A program made the position numbers and the translations under genes. The notes beneath the pieces were generated by a model. It ran no database searches, was not told the origin of the DNA, and saw nothing but the letters and a program-made list of their open reading frames with translations. Source: Desulfobacteraceae bacterium (GTDB taxonomy: Bacteria > Desulfobacterota > DSM-4660 > Desulfatiglandales > Desulfatiglandaceae). From it: 28,999 nucleotides of DNA. The stretch lies in NCBI GenBank assembly GCA_011042035.1, contig DQZA01000264.1:1-28999 (forward strand), read 5' to 3'. Shown here piece after piece: positions 1 through 11,353 of this stretch; position 1 is the first letter of the stretch, and each line of letters starts with the position of its first letter.

Positions 1-925
1 GAACGACTACCTCCATGGAATGGTTTTCCTCGTCCACTACCACCCGAATTATCTCCGCAGGGGCTAAGGCATTGCATATGAACTTGGCTGGATCAGGGTC
101 CCATGTCACAATATCTATTTTTTCTCCTCTCAGTTCTTGGACAACAGCCTGGACCCTGCTCCCTTTCATTCCAACGCAGGCCCCGACCGGGTCCACGTCA
201 GGGTCTCTTGAATAGACAGCTATCTTGGAGCGACTCCCAGGTTCCCTGGCAACTTGCATTATCTTCACAATACCCTCTGATATCTCAGGAACCTCGTTTT
301 CAAAGAGAGCTGAAAGAAAGTTGGGGTGTGTCCTGGACAGAATAATCTGAGGGCCTCTACTGTACTGCTTCACGTCCAGGATGTAGGCCCTTATTCTGTC
401 TCCTTGCCGATAAGATTCCCTGGGGATCTGCTCCCTTGGGGGCAATTCCGCCTCGGTACGGCCCAGGTTAACTATTATTGAACCTCTATCAAATCGCTGC
501 ACTATGCCGTTGATGATCTCTCCTTTTCTATCCTTGAAATCATCGTAAACAATATCCCTCTCAGCCTCTTTGAGCCTCTGCATGATAACCTGCTTAGCCG
601 ACTGCGCCGCAATCCTGCCAAAGGCAGTAGTTTCCATCTTCATGCCGAGGCTGTCACCAACTTCGCATTCAGGGTCCAGCTTCCTTGCTTCTTCCAGGCA
701 AACCTGCACACGCTCGTCAGTGACCCTATCCACCACCTCCTTGAATTCAAAGACCTCAACTTCCCCCAGATCCGGGTTAAAACTCACCTCGATATCCTTA
801 TCAGGCCCGAGCTTCTTTTTGGCAGCGGTCTTCACAGCCTCCTCAAGGGCCTCAATAAGCACCTCCTGGTCCAGCCCCTTTTCCCGGCTTACTTGGTCTA
901 TCATTCTTTTCAAGTCTGAAATCAT
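1..925 (-). CDS. nusA: Transcription termination/antitermination factor NusA (3' part runs off the window)
   Basis: Not in the ORF track. Manual minus-strand translation from ATG 925: MISDLKRMIDQVSREKGLD...FGRIAAQSAKQVIMQ...SRTHPNF...AREPGSRSKIAV...DPVGACVGMKGSRVQAVVQELRGEKIDIV, open to the window edge. Follows rimP. Confidence 0.97.
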   Translation of the reverse strand, partial: MISDLKRMIDQVSREKGLDQEVLIEALEEAVKTAAKKKLGPDKDIEVSFNPDLGEVEVFEFKEVVDRVTDERVQVCLEEARKLDPECEVGDSLGMKMETTAFGRIAAQSAKQVIMQRLKEAERDIVYDDFKDRKGEIINGIVQRFDRGSIIVNLGRTEAELPPREQIPRESYRQGDRIRAYILDVKQYSRGPQIILSRTHPNFLSALFENEVPEISEGIVKIMQVAREPGSRSKIAVYSRDPDVDPVGACVGMKGSRVQAVVQELRGEKIDIVTWDPDPAKFICNALAPAEIIRVVVDEENHSMEVVV

Positions 926-1001
926 TCTCTTCCTCTCTCTGAAACAGAATCCTTCCTATAAATTCGTCCTGATAACTTTCTCAGGATTACCCCCATGGCA
1001 G

Positions 1002-1472
1002 CTATTCAAATGAGTAAAGGAGATTGGCCTTTTCTAACCCGTCCAACGCCAGCTCCACAACGTCTTGTTCTATCCTTATTGTGATGACCCCTTGGCTGCA
1101 GCTTTCCAGCAAACCTGTGAAATTTCGTCTTCCATTAAGGGGAACCTTGGTCCTCACTTTTATTTTCTTGCCAGTCGCCCAGATAAAATCCTTTTCTTTC
1201 CGCAAAGGCCTGTTTAAGCCCGGTGAAGAGACCTCCAAAATGTAGGCACCAGAAATGACTCCTTTTACATCCAGTAAGTCACCTATTTCATTACTGACAT
1301 CAGCGCAATCATCAATCGTCACACCACCAGGCTTGTCGATATAGACCCTCAATACCCATCTACCCCTCTCGGTAACGTATTCCACGTCAACAAGATCAAG
1401 GCCTAGGTCCTCAACCACCGGCTCTATTATGGTGATAACCTTGTGAGCTATCTGTTGAGCAGTATCAGCCAT
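1002..1472 (-). CDS. rimP: Ribosome maturation factor RimP
   Basis: 156 aa; LRVYIDKPGGVTIDDC and YILEVSSPGLNRPL motifs; directly upstream of nusA. Confidence 0.96.
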   Translation of the reverse strand: MADTAQQIAHKVITIIEPVVEDLGLDLVDVEYVTERGRWVLRVYIDKPGGVTIDDCADVSNEIGDLLDVKGVISGAYILEVSSPGLNRPLRKEKDFIWATGKKIKVRTKVPLNGRRNFTGLLESCSQGVITIRIEQDVVELALDGLEKANLLYSFE

Positions 1473-1486
1473 ACCAGACTATTTCC

Positions 1487-1515
1487 AATTAAAAAGCGGG
1501 CTCTCAGGCCCGCTT
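1487..1515 (-). promoter_or_regulatory. rimP-leader terminator-like hairpin (attenuator)
   Basis: Minus strand AAGCGGGC-CUGAGA-GCCCGCUU followed by UUUAAUU, ending about 15 nt before the rimP ATG. Matches the GGGC...GCCC core of the described rimP leader motif. Confidence 0.8.
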
Positions 1516-1604
1516 CTACCATTTGCAGACTATAATGAACCGCGGCAACTTACATTGCGGAATGATAAGCGCGATATAAGAGTCCACCGTCCAGTCCGCA
1601 ATTC

Positions 1605-1626
1605 GAAGAAACCGGACAATGTCCGG
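1605..1626 (-). terminator. Probable intrinsic terminator downstream of tRNA-Gly
   Basis: Minus strand CCGGAC-AUU-GUCCGG followed by UUUCUUC, about 95 nt after the tRNA CCA end. Could instead be a DNA operator (see findings). Confidence 0.5.
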
Positions 1627-1719
1627 CAACCTCAAAAAGGGAATCAGGCCCGGTCAAGCCCTCCAGTGTGCACGCCCAACTGAAAATTTCTGCGTGAACA
1701 CGAGGTACACAAATAAAAC

Positions 1720-1795
1720 TGGAGCGGGCAACGGGATTCGAACCCGCGACACCAAGCTTGGGAAGCTTGTACTCTACCAGCTGAGCTATGCCCGC
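1720..1795 (-). tRNA. tRNA-Gly (anticodon CCC)
   Basis: 76 nt GCGGGCATAGCTCAGCTGGTAGAGTACAAGCTTCCCAAGCTTGGTGTCGCGGGTTCGAATCCCGTTGCCCGCTCCA: intact acceptor stem, anticodon arm CAAGC-TTCCCAA-GCTTG, GTTCGAATC T-loop, encoded CCA. Confidence 0.98.
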
Positions 1796-1843
1796 TCTTA
1801 AGCTCCCGTCCCATATACTCCCATGGAACGGTTACCATTTTGT

Positions 1844-1872
1844 ATTTTACTCACCCTGTGGCTATCCGTCAA
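1844..1872 (-). promoter_or_regulatory. Sigma70-type promoter for tRNA-Gly
   Basis: Minus strand TTGACG (1872-1867), 17 nt, TAAAAT (1849-1844). Confidence 0.7.
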
Positions 1873-1895
1873 GAGCTTAATTCCACCCAATTTTC

Positions 1896-1924
1896 TTGAC
1901 AGAATAAGAATACAGAACTAAAAT
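1896..1924 (+). promoter_or_regulatory. Sigma70-type promoter for corC-lnt(-prfB)
   Basis: TTGACA (1896-1901), 17 nt, TAAAAT (1919-1924). Confidence 0.75.
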
Positions 1925-2007
1925 TTCTAAAGATTGTCAAGGCAAACAAACCTGCCTCCCAAATAAGGCCATTTTAAAAGAGTTTTAGACGGGGTGATTA
2001 TACACCA

Positions 2008-2883
2008 TTGGGCGACGGCTCTGAACAAGGTCTATTTCGTTTTTTCAAGCTATTTAAGAAGAGAAAGTCTCACCTTACTGATACCCACGATCTCGCCGAA
2101 GAAATCCATGATCTAATGGACGAAGGTCAAGCAAAGGGCCTCATTAGTGGCGAGGAGACTAATATGGTCTTTGGTGCCCTACACCTTAGGGAGACTAAGG
2201 CCCATTCTGTAATGGTTCCGAGGACCGAGATTTCCTCGGCTCCCCTTGACAGCTCCTTAGGAGAAGTAATCAAACTGGTTAACCAATGCGGCCACACTAG
2301 AATCCCCATCCATAAAGAAAGCATAGACAAAATCGTAGGCATTTTGCATGCAAAGGACCTTCTTAAGCTATGGGGAAAGGAGCCAGATACAAAACTCCCT
2401 TTTGATATCCTGAGGCCGCCTTTTTTTGTCCCAGAGACTCAAAGCATAAACGAGGTCTTGAAAAGCCTTAAGGAAAAGAAAACGCATCTGGCAATTGTAA
2501 CGGATGAATACGGCGGGACATCAGGGATCATCACTATAGAGGATATCATTGAAGAGATTGTTGGTGAAATTTTAGATGAACACGACACCGAAGTACCCCT
2601 GCTTTCAAGAATAAACGAAAACACCTTCCTTGTCGATGCCAAACTGGAGATAGAAAAACTTGAGGATGCCTTGGGTATCGAACTTCCAAAAGGTGACTAT
2701 GAATCTGTAGGCGGATTCATAATAAATCTGCTCGGAAGACTCCCTGAGGTTGGTGAAAAGATCAGATATGAAGGACTAATCATGACAATTCAGCAAGCCG
2801 ACCTGCGAAAGGTTGAAAAGATTCTTGTCCGGGTAATCCCTTCCCCTGAGCAATTGTCCTCCCAGGAAAAATCGGCCACCTGA
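2008..2883 (+). CDS. corC: CorC/YbeX-type CBS-pair plus CorC_HlyC domain protein (no DUF21 membrane segment)
   Basis: 291 aa, TTG start after GGGGTG. MVPRTEI, GHTRIPI, LAIVTDEYGGTSGIITIEDIIEEIVGEILDE and YESVGGFII motifs; adjacent to lnt. Confidence 0.85.
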   Translation: MGDGSEQGLFRFFKLFKKRKSHLTDTHDLAEEIHDLMDEGQAKGLISGEETNMVFGALHLRETKAHSVMVPRTEISSAPLDSSLGEVIKLVNQCGHTRIPIHKESIDKIVGILHAKDLLKLWGKEPDTKLPFDILRPPFFVPETQSINEVLKSLKEKKTHLAIVTDEYGGTSGIITIEDIIEEIVGEILDEHDTEVPLLSRINENTFLVDAKLEIEKLEDALGIELPKGDYESVGGFIINLLGRLPEVGEKIRYEGLIMTIQQADLRKVEKILVRVIPSPEQLSSQEKSAT

Positions 2884-2902
2884 AAGGGACAACTCCATTA
2901 CA

Positions 2903-4453
2903 ATGACCAGAGCGAATCTTACCCAAAAATCCGATTATGTGATGGCAGCTTTTTGGGGCTTGCTCTTTGCGGCTGTATTTCCTCCCTCGCCTTTTGGATG
3001 GCTTGCCTGGATTTCACTTGCACCGCTGTTTAAGCTCGTGGAAAACAAGGAATGCCGAACCGCGTTTGGTCTAGGTTGGACATGGGGCGTTGCCCACTTT
3101 GTGGCCCTTATTTACTGGATCGTGATTGCTGTTGGCCATTATGGAAAGATGTCCTTTATTACAGCCATTGCTGCCGTGCTTCTTCTGGCCATTTATCTAG
3201 CCATATATCCTGCCTTGTTTTGCAGCTTAGTCGTATTGCTCAAAGATACGAAATCTGCCTCAGTCTGGATCCCTTTTTCATGGGTTGCCCTTGAGTATGG
3301 CAGGGCCAAGCTACTGACAGGTTTTCCGTGGTGCCTCACAGGGTATTCCCAATATAATCATCCGCTCCTCATCCAGGTCGCAGCGATTTTTGGTGTGTAT
3401 GGCCTTTCATTCGCAATAATATTGGTCAATTGGTATTGCTACAAGGTTTTTCTGGCCCGGAATAATCATTCCTTGCGCCAATTGATCCAGAGCAGCCTTT
3501 TTACCTTCCTCTGTGTTGCGGTAATCTTATGGTTCGGTTACCAACAGTTGCACCCAAGTATCATACCAACACAAAGAAAAGAGACTTCCCTAAGTGTTGC
3601 AATCGTGCAGCCCAGTATTGATCAGTCGCTCAAGTGGGACACACGGTTCCAAAACAAGACAATGGAGCTGTACGAGACCCTTACAAGGGCTGCAGCCAGT
3701 TCAAATCCCGATCTGGTGATTTGGCCAGAAACTGCCACCCCTTTCTTTTTCCAGGCCAACGAACCAATGGCCAAGAGGGTTGTGGCCCTGAGCCAAGAGC
3801 TTAACTGTCCAATTCTTTTTGGCAGCCCAGCATACGAGGAATCTGAATCGAACACCAGATATTACAATAGAGCGTATCTTCTCAAACCTGACGGAAGTAT
3901 GCCTCAGTATTATGATAAGGTGCATTTGGTACCATTTGGCGAGTATGTGCCCTTGGCAAGAGTGTTATCCTTCGTCGGTAAGCTCGTACCTGGGGCAGGA
4001 AGTTTCAGCCCCGGGTCATCCTTTAGACCCATCGAGTTTCACGGCTCAAGATTTGGCGTTATGATCTGCTTTGAGGCAATATTTCCTGAAATTTCCAGGA
4101 CAGAAAAAAGGCAAGGGGCAGAATTCTTTGTGAACCTGACCAATGACGCCTGGTTCGGTAAGACCAGCGCCCCATACCAGCATCTGGCAATGACAGTATT
4201 CCGCGCTGTGGAAAACAGGGTTCCTTTGGTGAGGGCAGCTAATACGGGGTTCAGCGCAATTATAGATCCCTACGGACGGATTAAGGCAAAAAGTAGGCTT
4301 TTCACAAAAGAGGTGTTAGTGGGGAAAATAACCGTGTCTTCCACCCATGCCTCCACCTTCTATGAGCGTTACGGAGACCTGTTTGCAAAGGCCGCGCTTC
4401 TGATATCCTTTTCTGTTTTCATTATCGCTCTCGTGCAGCGAAAAGGGAGATAG
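2903..4453 (+). CDS. lnt: Apolipoprotein N-acyltransferase
   Basis: 516 aa, multiple hydrophobic segments; nitrilase-fold Glu-Lys-Cys motifs WPETA, YDKVHLVPFGEY, ICFEAIF; TNDAWFG. Confidence 0.96.
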   Translation: MTRANLTQKSDYVMAAFWGLLFAAVFPPSPFGWLAWISLAPLFKLVENKECRTAFGLGWTWGVAHFVALIYWIVIAVGHYGKMSFITAIAAVLLLAIYLAIYPALFCSLVVLLKDTKSASVWIPFSWVALEYGRAKLLTGFPWCLTGYSQYNHPLLIQVAAIFGVYGLSFAIILVNWYCYKVFLARNNHSLRQLIQSSLFTFLCVAVILWFGYQQLHPSIIPTQRKETSLSVAIVQPSIDQSLKWDTRFQNKTMELYETLTRAAASSNPDLVIWPETATPFFFQANEPMAKRVVALSQELNCPILFGSPAYEESESNTRYYNRAYLLKPDGSMPQYYDKVHLVPFGEYVPLARVLSFVGKLVPGAGSFSPGSSFRPIEFHGSRFGVMICFEAIFPEISRTEKRQGAEFFVNLTNDAWFGKTSAPYQHLAMTVFRAVENRVPLVRAANTGFSAIIDPYGRIKAKSRLFTKEVLVGKITVSSTHASTFYERYGDLFAKAALLISFSVFIIALVQRKGR

Positions 4454-4565
4454 GGATTGACTTGCGCTTTTCGAAATAAGCGGTTGTCTTTGTGACCATT
4501 TTCATCTATTTTTGAAATAGACCGATTGATAAACATGACTTGTATCAATGTAGGAGGAAAACACA

Positions 4566-5718
4566 ATGATTTACGAAGAACTGGAAGAGCGCATAGATAA
4601 GCTTGCTTCCCAATTGGACTCCTTAAGGGGGCATCTTTGACATCGATGGCCTTGAAGTACAGCTAGATAAACTGGAAAAGGTAATGGGCGAACCCTCATT
4701 TTGGCAAAGAGACCAGGAAGAAACATCTAGAATAAGTCAACAGAGGGCCACTGTCCAAGAAAAGGTGGACCGCTGGAGAAAGTATCAGGAAGCTGTTGAG
4801 GAAGCCAAAATTTTGGCTGAAATGGCGCTTGAGGAAAATGACGAGGAGACATTAGAAGAGGTTGTCAAAGAGGTTCGTCGCCTTGAAAAGGAGATAAGCA
4901 CCTTAGAGACCCAATCGCTACTTGCGGACCCAGATGATATCCGAAACGCTATTGTGGCAATAAACGCTGGAGCTGGTGGGACCGAGGCTCAGGATTGGGT
5001 TCAAATGTTATTCCGGATGTACACGCGTTGGGCTGAAGATAAGGCAATGAAAGTCAATGTAATTGACTTTCTCGCAGGAGAGGAGGCTGGGATAAAAAAT
5101 GTTACATTCACGGTGGTAGGCCCTTATGCCTATGGGCTCCTCAAGTCGGAACACGGAATACACAGAATGGTGAGAATTTCTCCCTTTGATGCGACGGGCA
5201 GGAGACATACCTCATTTGCTTCGGTTTCCGTTCTTCCGGAAATAGACACCGATATTAAGATCGAGATCGATGACAAGGATCTTCGGATTGATACCTTTAG
5301 GGCCAGCGGACCAGGAGGTCAACATGTAAACAAGACCAGTTCGGCCGTGCGAATTACCCACCTCCCTACAGGCATAGTCGTACAATGCCAAAACGAGAAA
5401 TCGCAGCATCGAAACAAGGACATGGCCATGAAGGTGCTGAAGGCAAAACTCTATGAACTGGAGAAGAAAAAACAGGAGGCCAAGAAACAAGAGCTCCATC
5501 AGTCACAGAAAGAGATCGCGTGGGGAAGTCAGATACGCTCTTACGTGTTTAATCCCTACCGAATGGTAAAAGATCATCGCACTGGTGTTGAGGTTGGGGA
5601 TTTGGAAAGGGTAATGGATGGAAATATTGATCCCTTTATTGACGCTTACCTTCGGATGAAGCTTAAAGAAGATGTGGCTGAAAGGACAGCCACTGCTGCC
5701 CAGGAAGCAAGTGCATAA
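4566..5718 (+). CDS. prfB: Peptide chain release factor 2, 383 aa via +1 programmed frameshift
   Basis: ATG 4566 after AGGAGG; 24 codons end at CTT TGA C (4635-4641); the +1 frame from 4639 is open and in frame with the tracked ORF 4684-5718; SPF and GGQ motifs present. Confidence 0.97.
4626..4641 (+). promoter_or_regulatory. RF2 +1 ribosomal frameshift signal
   Basis: Internal SD AGGGGG (4626-4631), 3-nt spacer CAT, then CTT TGA C. Confidence 0.96.
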
Positions 5719-5729
5719 CCCTGGTCGTT

Positions 5730-7493
5730 CTATCCGCCCTGGTAGACCAGATTGATACTATCAATATATCTCTTTATGCCCTTGGCAATGCCTTCGGCTA
5801 GCCGTGCTTGGTAGGTATGATTTAAGAGTCTCTTTCTTTCAGTGGAGTTTGTCAGGAAACCTGTCTCTATGAGTACAGAAGGCATCTGCGCTCCTATCAG
5901 TACATAGAATGGGGCCTGTTTTACCCCCAGGCTACGAATCCTTGAGTATCGCCTAGAGAGTTCAGAGGTTATCCCCTTTTGGATATCGTAGGCCAACCGG
6001 CTGGACTCGTGGATCTTCGTGTTCAGCAAAAGGTCACTTAAAATAGCCTGGAGATCGCTTATGTTTTTCTGGGTGGTGGCGTTCTCGCGGGCTGCAACCA
6101 GTACGGCCCTCTCATCTGTGGCCATATTGAGATAATATGTCTCAATACCATGTACCCACCGTTTTCTATGGGCATTGACGTGCAAGGAAATGAAAAGATC
6201 AGCCTTTTTCATATTGGCAATGGCAGTCCTTCTCTCAAGCGGTAAAAACACGTCTTTAGTCCTGGTGAGATATACCTCGCAGCCCAGCTTCTGTTTCAAC
6301 TTTTTTGCCAGAATCTTAGCTATTCTTAGAACTATATCCTTTTCTCTTACTCCTCTGCCCACATAGCACCCTGGATCCTTCCCACCATGCCCCGGATCTA
6401 TCACGATTCTGTTTACATTGAGACCCAGTTGCCTTGCGAGGGTAACAGAATTGTCAGGCTTCTTGTTCTTTCTAATACCATGCCTTACTCTTCTCTTGGG
6501 AAGTTTCGCAATCGTTTTCTTTTCTTTTGGTTTGGCTCCCTGTGCTCGTTTTACATCCACCACGATCCTAAAGGGATCATATAAATGAAATATTTTGTAT
6601 GCTCCAATGCTTTCAAGGTCTAGGACAACCCTCACTGTGGAATTTTTATATTGCGCCGCCCTTGCCCTGTGAAGCAGACCATCCTTTATTGGTATCTGGG
6701 TGTCAATGTCAGGGCTTACCCGTACCCCTTGTAAGTCTATGTAGATCCTCCTGGGTTTTCCTGATGTGGGGTCCTCTTCCAAAAGGTTGTGCGTGTACTT
6801 TACGGGCCGGTCAAGATCCACTACCACCCTAGTGTAATTAGGCGTCGACCAGTGGCGTATATCCTTCACTTTGGCCAAGCCATTTCGATTTTGCCTCTTA
6901 ACCTCTTGTGCTTCTTTTATGAGGTCCTTCTTTCGCAATTGAAGCGCAAGCTTATTCAGCATCTTTTTGGCCTTGGGGCGGTAGTTTCCCATAGGGTACT
7001 TGATATCTACCCGCAGGAACTCCACATAGGCCTTTGCAGGGTCTTTCTTATATTTGTAATAGATTTCCCCGATTCGGTACTGGGCATCGTCGGCTACGCC
7101 ATGGGATGGGTATCTCTCAACTATCTGTCGGTAGAGGGTGAGAGCTTGATCAAGGTCTTTTCTTGACCCAGAATAAAGATGAAGCAGGGTGTATAGCCGC
7201 GCCTCGCGATAAAGGGCAAGGGGGGCCTCGTCGGATTTCGGATAGGTCTTGGCAATGTAATCATAGCGGTTAATACACTTCAGCCAGTAATGCCGAAACT
7301 TCTTCTTTTTCTTCGAAGCAAACAAAGATGCCTTACACTTATCTGCCTTTTCCAGAAGGTAAGTGGCTCTTGATTTCCCCTTGACAGCCCCCGCAGACTC
7401 ATCCGAGCCTCTGAGTGGATAAGCCAATACAATGGCAACGATGACCAACACAAAGATTCGATTTATGTAGATGGTATCGAGTTTCAACTGCAT
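5730..7493 (-). CDS. N-acetylmuramoyl-L-alanine amidase (Amidase_3) with N-terminal TPR-like repeats and AMIN domain
   Basis: 587 aa; hydrophobic N-terminus; TPR-like units (YPKSDEAPLALY, YPSHGVADDAQYRIG); AMIN-like TRVVVDLD/RIYIDL/VRVVLDL; catalytic IDPGHGGKDPG, LERRTAIAN, ISLHVNA, LIETGF. Confidence 0.92.
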   Translation of the reverse strand: MQLKLDTIYINRIFVLVIVAIVLAYPLRGSDESAGAVKGKSRATYLLEKADKCKASLFASKKKKKFRHYWLKCINRYDYIAKTYPKSDEAPLALYREARLYTLLHLYSGSRKDLDQALTLYRQIVERYPSHGVADDAQYRIGEIYYKYKKDPAKAYVEFLRVDIKYPMGNYRPKAKKMLNKLALQLRKKDLIKEAQEVKRQNRNGLAKVKDIRHWSTPNYTRVVVDLDRPVKYTHNLLEEDPTSGKPRRIYIDLQGVRVSPDIDTQIPIKDGLLHRARAAQYKNSTVRVVLDLESIGAYKIFHLYDPFRIVVDVKRAQGAKPKEKKTIAKLPKRRVRHGIRKNKKPDNSVTLARQLGLNVNRIVIDPGHGGKDPGCYVGRGVREKDIVLRIAKILAKKLKQKLGCEVYLTRTKDVFLPLERRTAIANMKKADLFISLHVNAHRKRWVHGIETYYLNMATDERAVLVAARENATTQKNISDLQAILSDLLLNTKIHESSRLAYDIQKGITSELSRRYSRIRSLGVKQAPFYVLIGAQMPSVLIETGFLTNSTERKRLLNHTYQARLAEGIAKGIKRYIDSINLVYQGG

Positions 7494-7494
7494 A

Positions 7495-10119
<2,625 letters not shown>

Positions 10120-10129
10120 AATCTTTTCA

Positions 10130-11353
10130 TTAGACGGTGCTGCGACCTGCCTTCTGTCTCACTGGGACCGGTGCGGTACTATCCCAAGACCTGCATTTAG
10201 GACATTGCCAATATAGCTCCTCTCCCTCTAGCCCACAATTGGAACACTGAAACCTTAGTGAGGGAAGATCAAGTTGGGAGATAAGTTCTTTGTATGCAGC
10301 AAGGGCCTCGGTATCCCGGCCGCTTTGAATCAGGATCTCTCCTTGGAACCTTTTAGCCTCCCATAAGCCGGGCTCTACTTCAAGGGCTTTTCCAACCTCT
10401 CTCAATGCCCCTTCAATATCCCCCTCAGCGAATAGAAATCTAGATAGGGCAAGATAAGTAAAAGCATCGCCGTTTTTGCTGGCCAATTCTTTTAAGAATT
10501 CCTCAACAGGTCTTATGTTTTTCATATTCACATAAACGCTCTCTAGCCTTCCATATGCCAAATATGTAAACCGGGGATCCACGCTTGCAATCTTCTTCCA
10601 CATAGAGACGGCCTTTTTATATTCCCCTCTTTCTGCATACAGGTCCCCAAGATGTAGATATGCGTCTACACATTCCTTGTTGGTAGAAATGGCCTTTTTA
10701 TACAAGGCCTTTGCCCTCGAATAATCTCCCAGTGCCTGGCTAGCCTTGCCCAACTCCACCAAATGGTGGGCCAGGATGTGGGAGTGATCCCCTTTGGTGT
10801 ACCTTGCTATGCGCTTGCGGGTTTCATAAGCCTTTTCCCACTCCTTCAACTCCTCATATATCCTCTCTATCTCCAGTAAGGTTCGTGTGTCAGATGGACT
10901 CTTTGTAAGGACCTCTAAAAAAGTATCTAATGCTCTGTTTATAAGACCGGCCTTTTTGTAATCAACTCCCAGATCAAACAAGGCCCGAACTCTCACTTCC
11001 TCATCTATATTTGGACGAAGTATAATACTTTGTCTTATTCTGATAGCTCTCTCGATATCCCCCTTTGAACGATAGAGGTTTCCCAAGGCTACATATGTCT
11101 CCACGGTATCGGAATCTATCTGAACAGATTTGGTGAATTCTTCTATGGCATGATCTTTATCGTCAGAGAGGATATACTGAATACCTTTGAAGAATGCCTC
11201 ATCTCTTCTTTTCTCCCTTAACTTCGGGCTCTTGCTTAGCCCATGTCTCCACCATAGCCCCGTAAAGAACCCAGCCACTCCTCCTAATAGCGACAAGACA
11301 ATCAGAGGCAGAAGATCCCAGTTCACTAAAGAATGCAAGAAGGTTTGCCACAT
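10130..11353 (-). CDS. lapB: LapB/YciM-like TPR protein with C-terminal rubredoxin-like motif
   Basis: 407 aa; N-terminal membrane anchor; ALGNLYRSKGDIERAIRIRQ; TPR array; CSNC...WQCPKC; follows a lapA-like gene. Confidence 0.85.
   Translation of the reverse strand: MWQTFLHSLVNWDLLPLIVLSLLGGVAGFFTGLWWRHGLSKSPKLREKRRDEAFFKGIQYILSDDKDHAIEEFTKSVQIDSDTVETYVALGNLYRSKGDIERAIRIRQSIILRPNIDEEVRVRALFDLGVDYKKAGLINRALDTFLEVLTKSPSDTRTLLEIERIYEELKEWEKAYETRKRIARYTKGDHSHILAHHLVELGKASQALGDYSRAKALYKKAISTNKECVDAYLHLGDLYAERGEYKKAVSMWKKIASVDPRFTYLAYGRLESVYVNMKNIRPVEEFLKELASKNGDAFTYLALSRFLFAEGDIEGALREVGKALEVEPGLWEAKRFQGEILIQSGRDTEALAAYKELISQLDLPSLRFQCSNCGLEGEELYWQCPKCRSWDSTAPVPVRQKAGRSTV

Noticed and set aside
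967-986. TCCTGA/TCAGGA hairpin in the rimP-nusA spacer
   Set aside because: Only 6 bp with an 8-nt loop and no U-tract; chance level.
15-1013. Plus-strand ORFs of 66, 80 and 147 aa
   Set aside because: Antisense shadows of nusA, which the track missed because it has no stop inside the window. The same applies to the many short ORFs lying within or opposite the long core genes.
1473-1838. tRNA-Gly as an integration site, and the 60- and 64-aa ORFs across it
   Set aside because: No integrase and no duplicated tRNA 3' end in the window; the ORFs are translations of the tRNA.
1940-1957. GGCAAAC in the corC leader as a c-di-GMP-I riboswitch
   Set aside because: No GAAA tetraloop, receptor or second stem; only a 5-bp AGGCA/TGCCT pairing.
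4638-4640. In-frame TGA as selenocysteine or pseudogene lesion
   Set aside because: Fully explained by the RF2 frameshift cassette.
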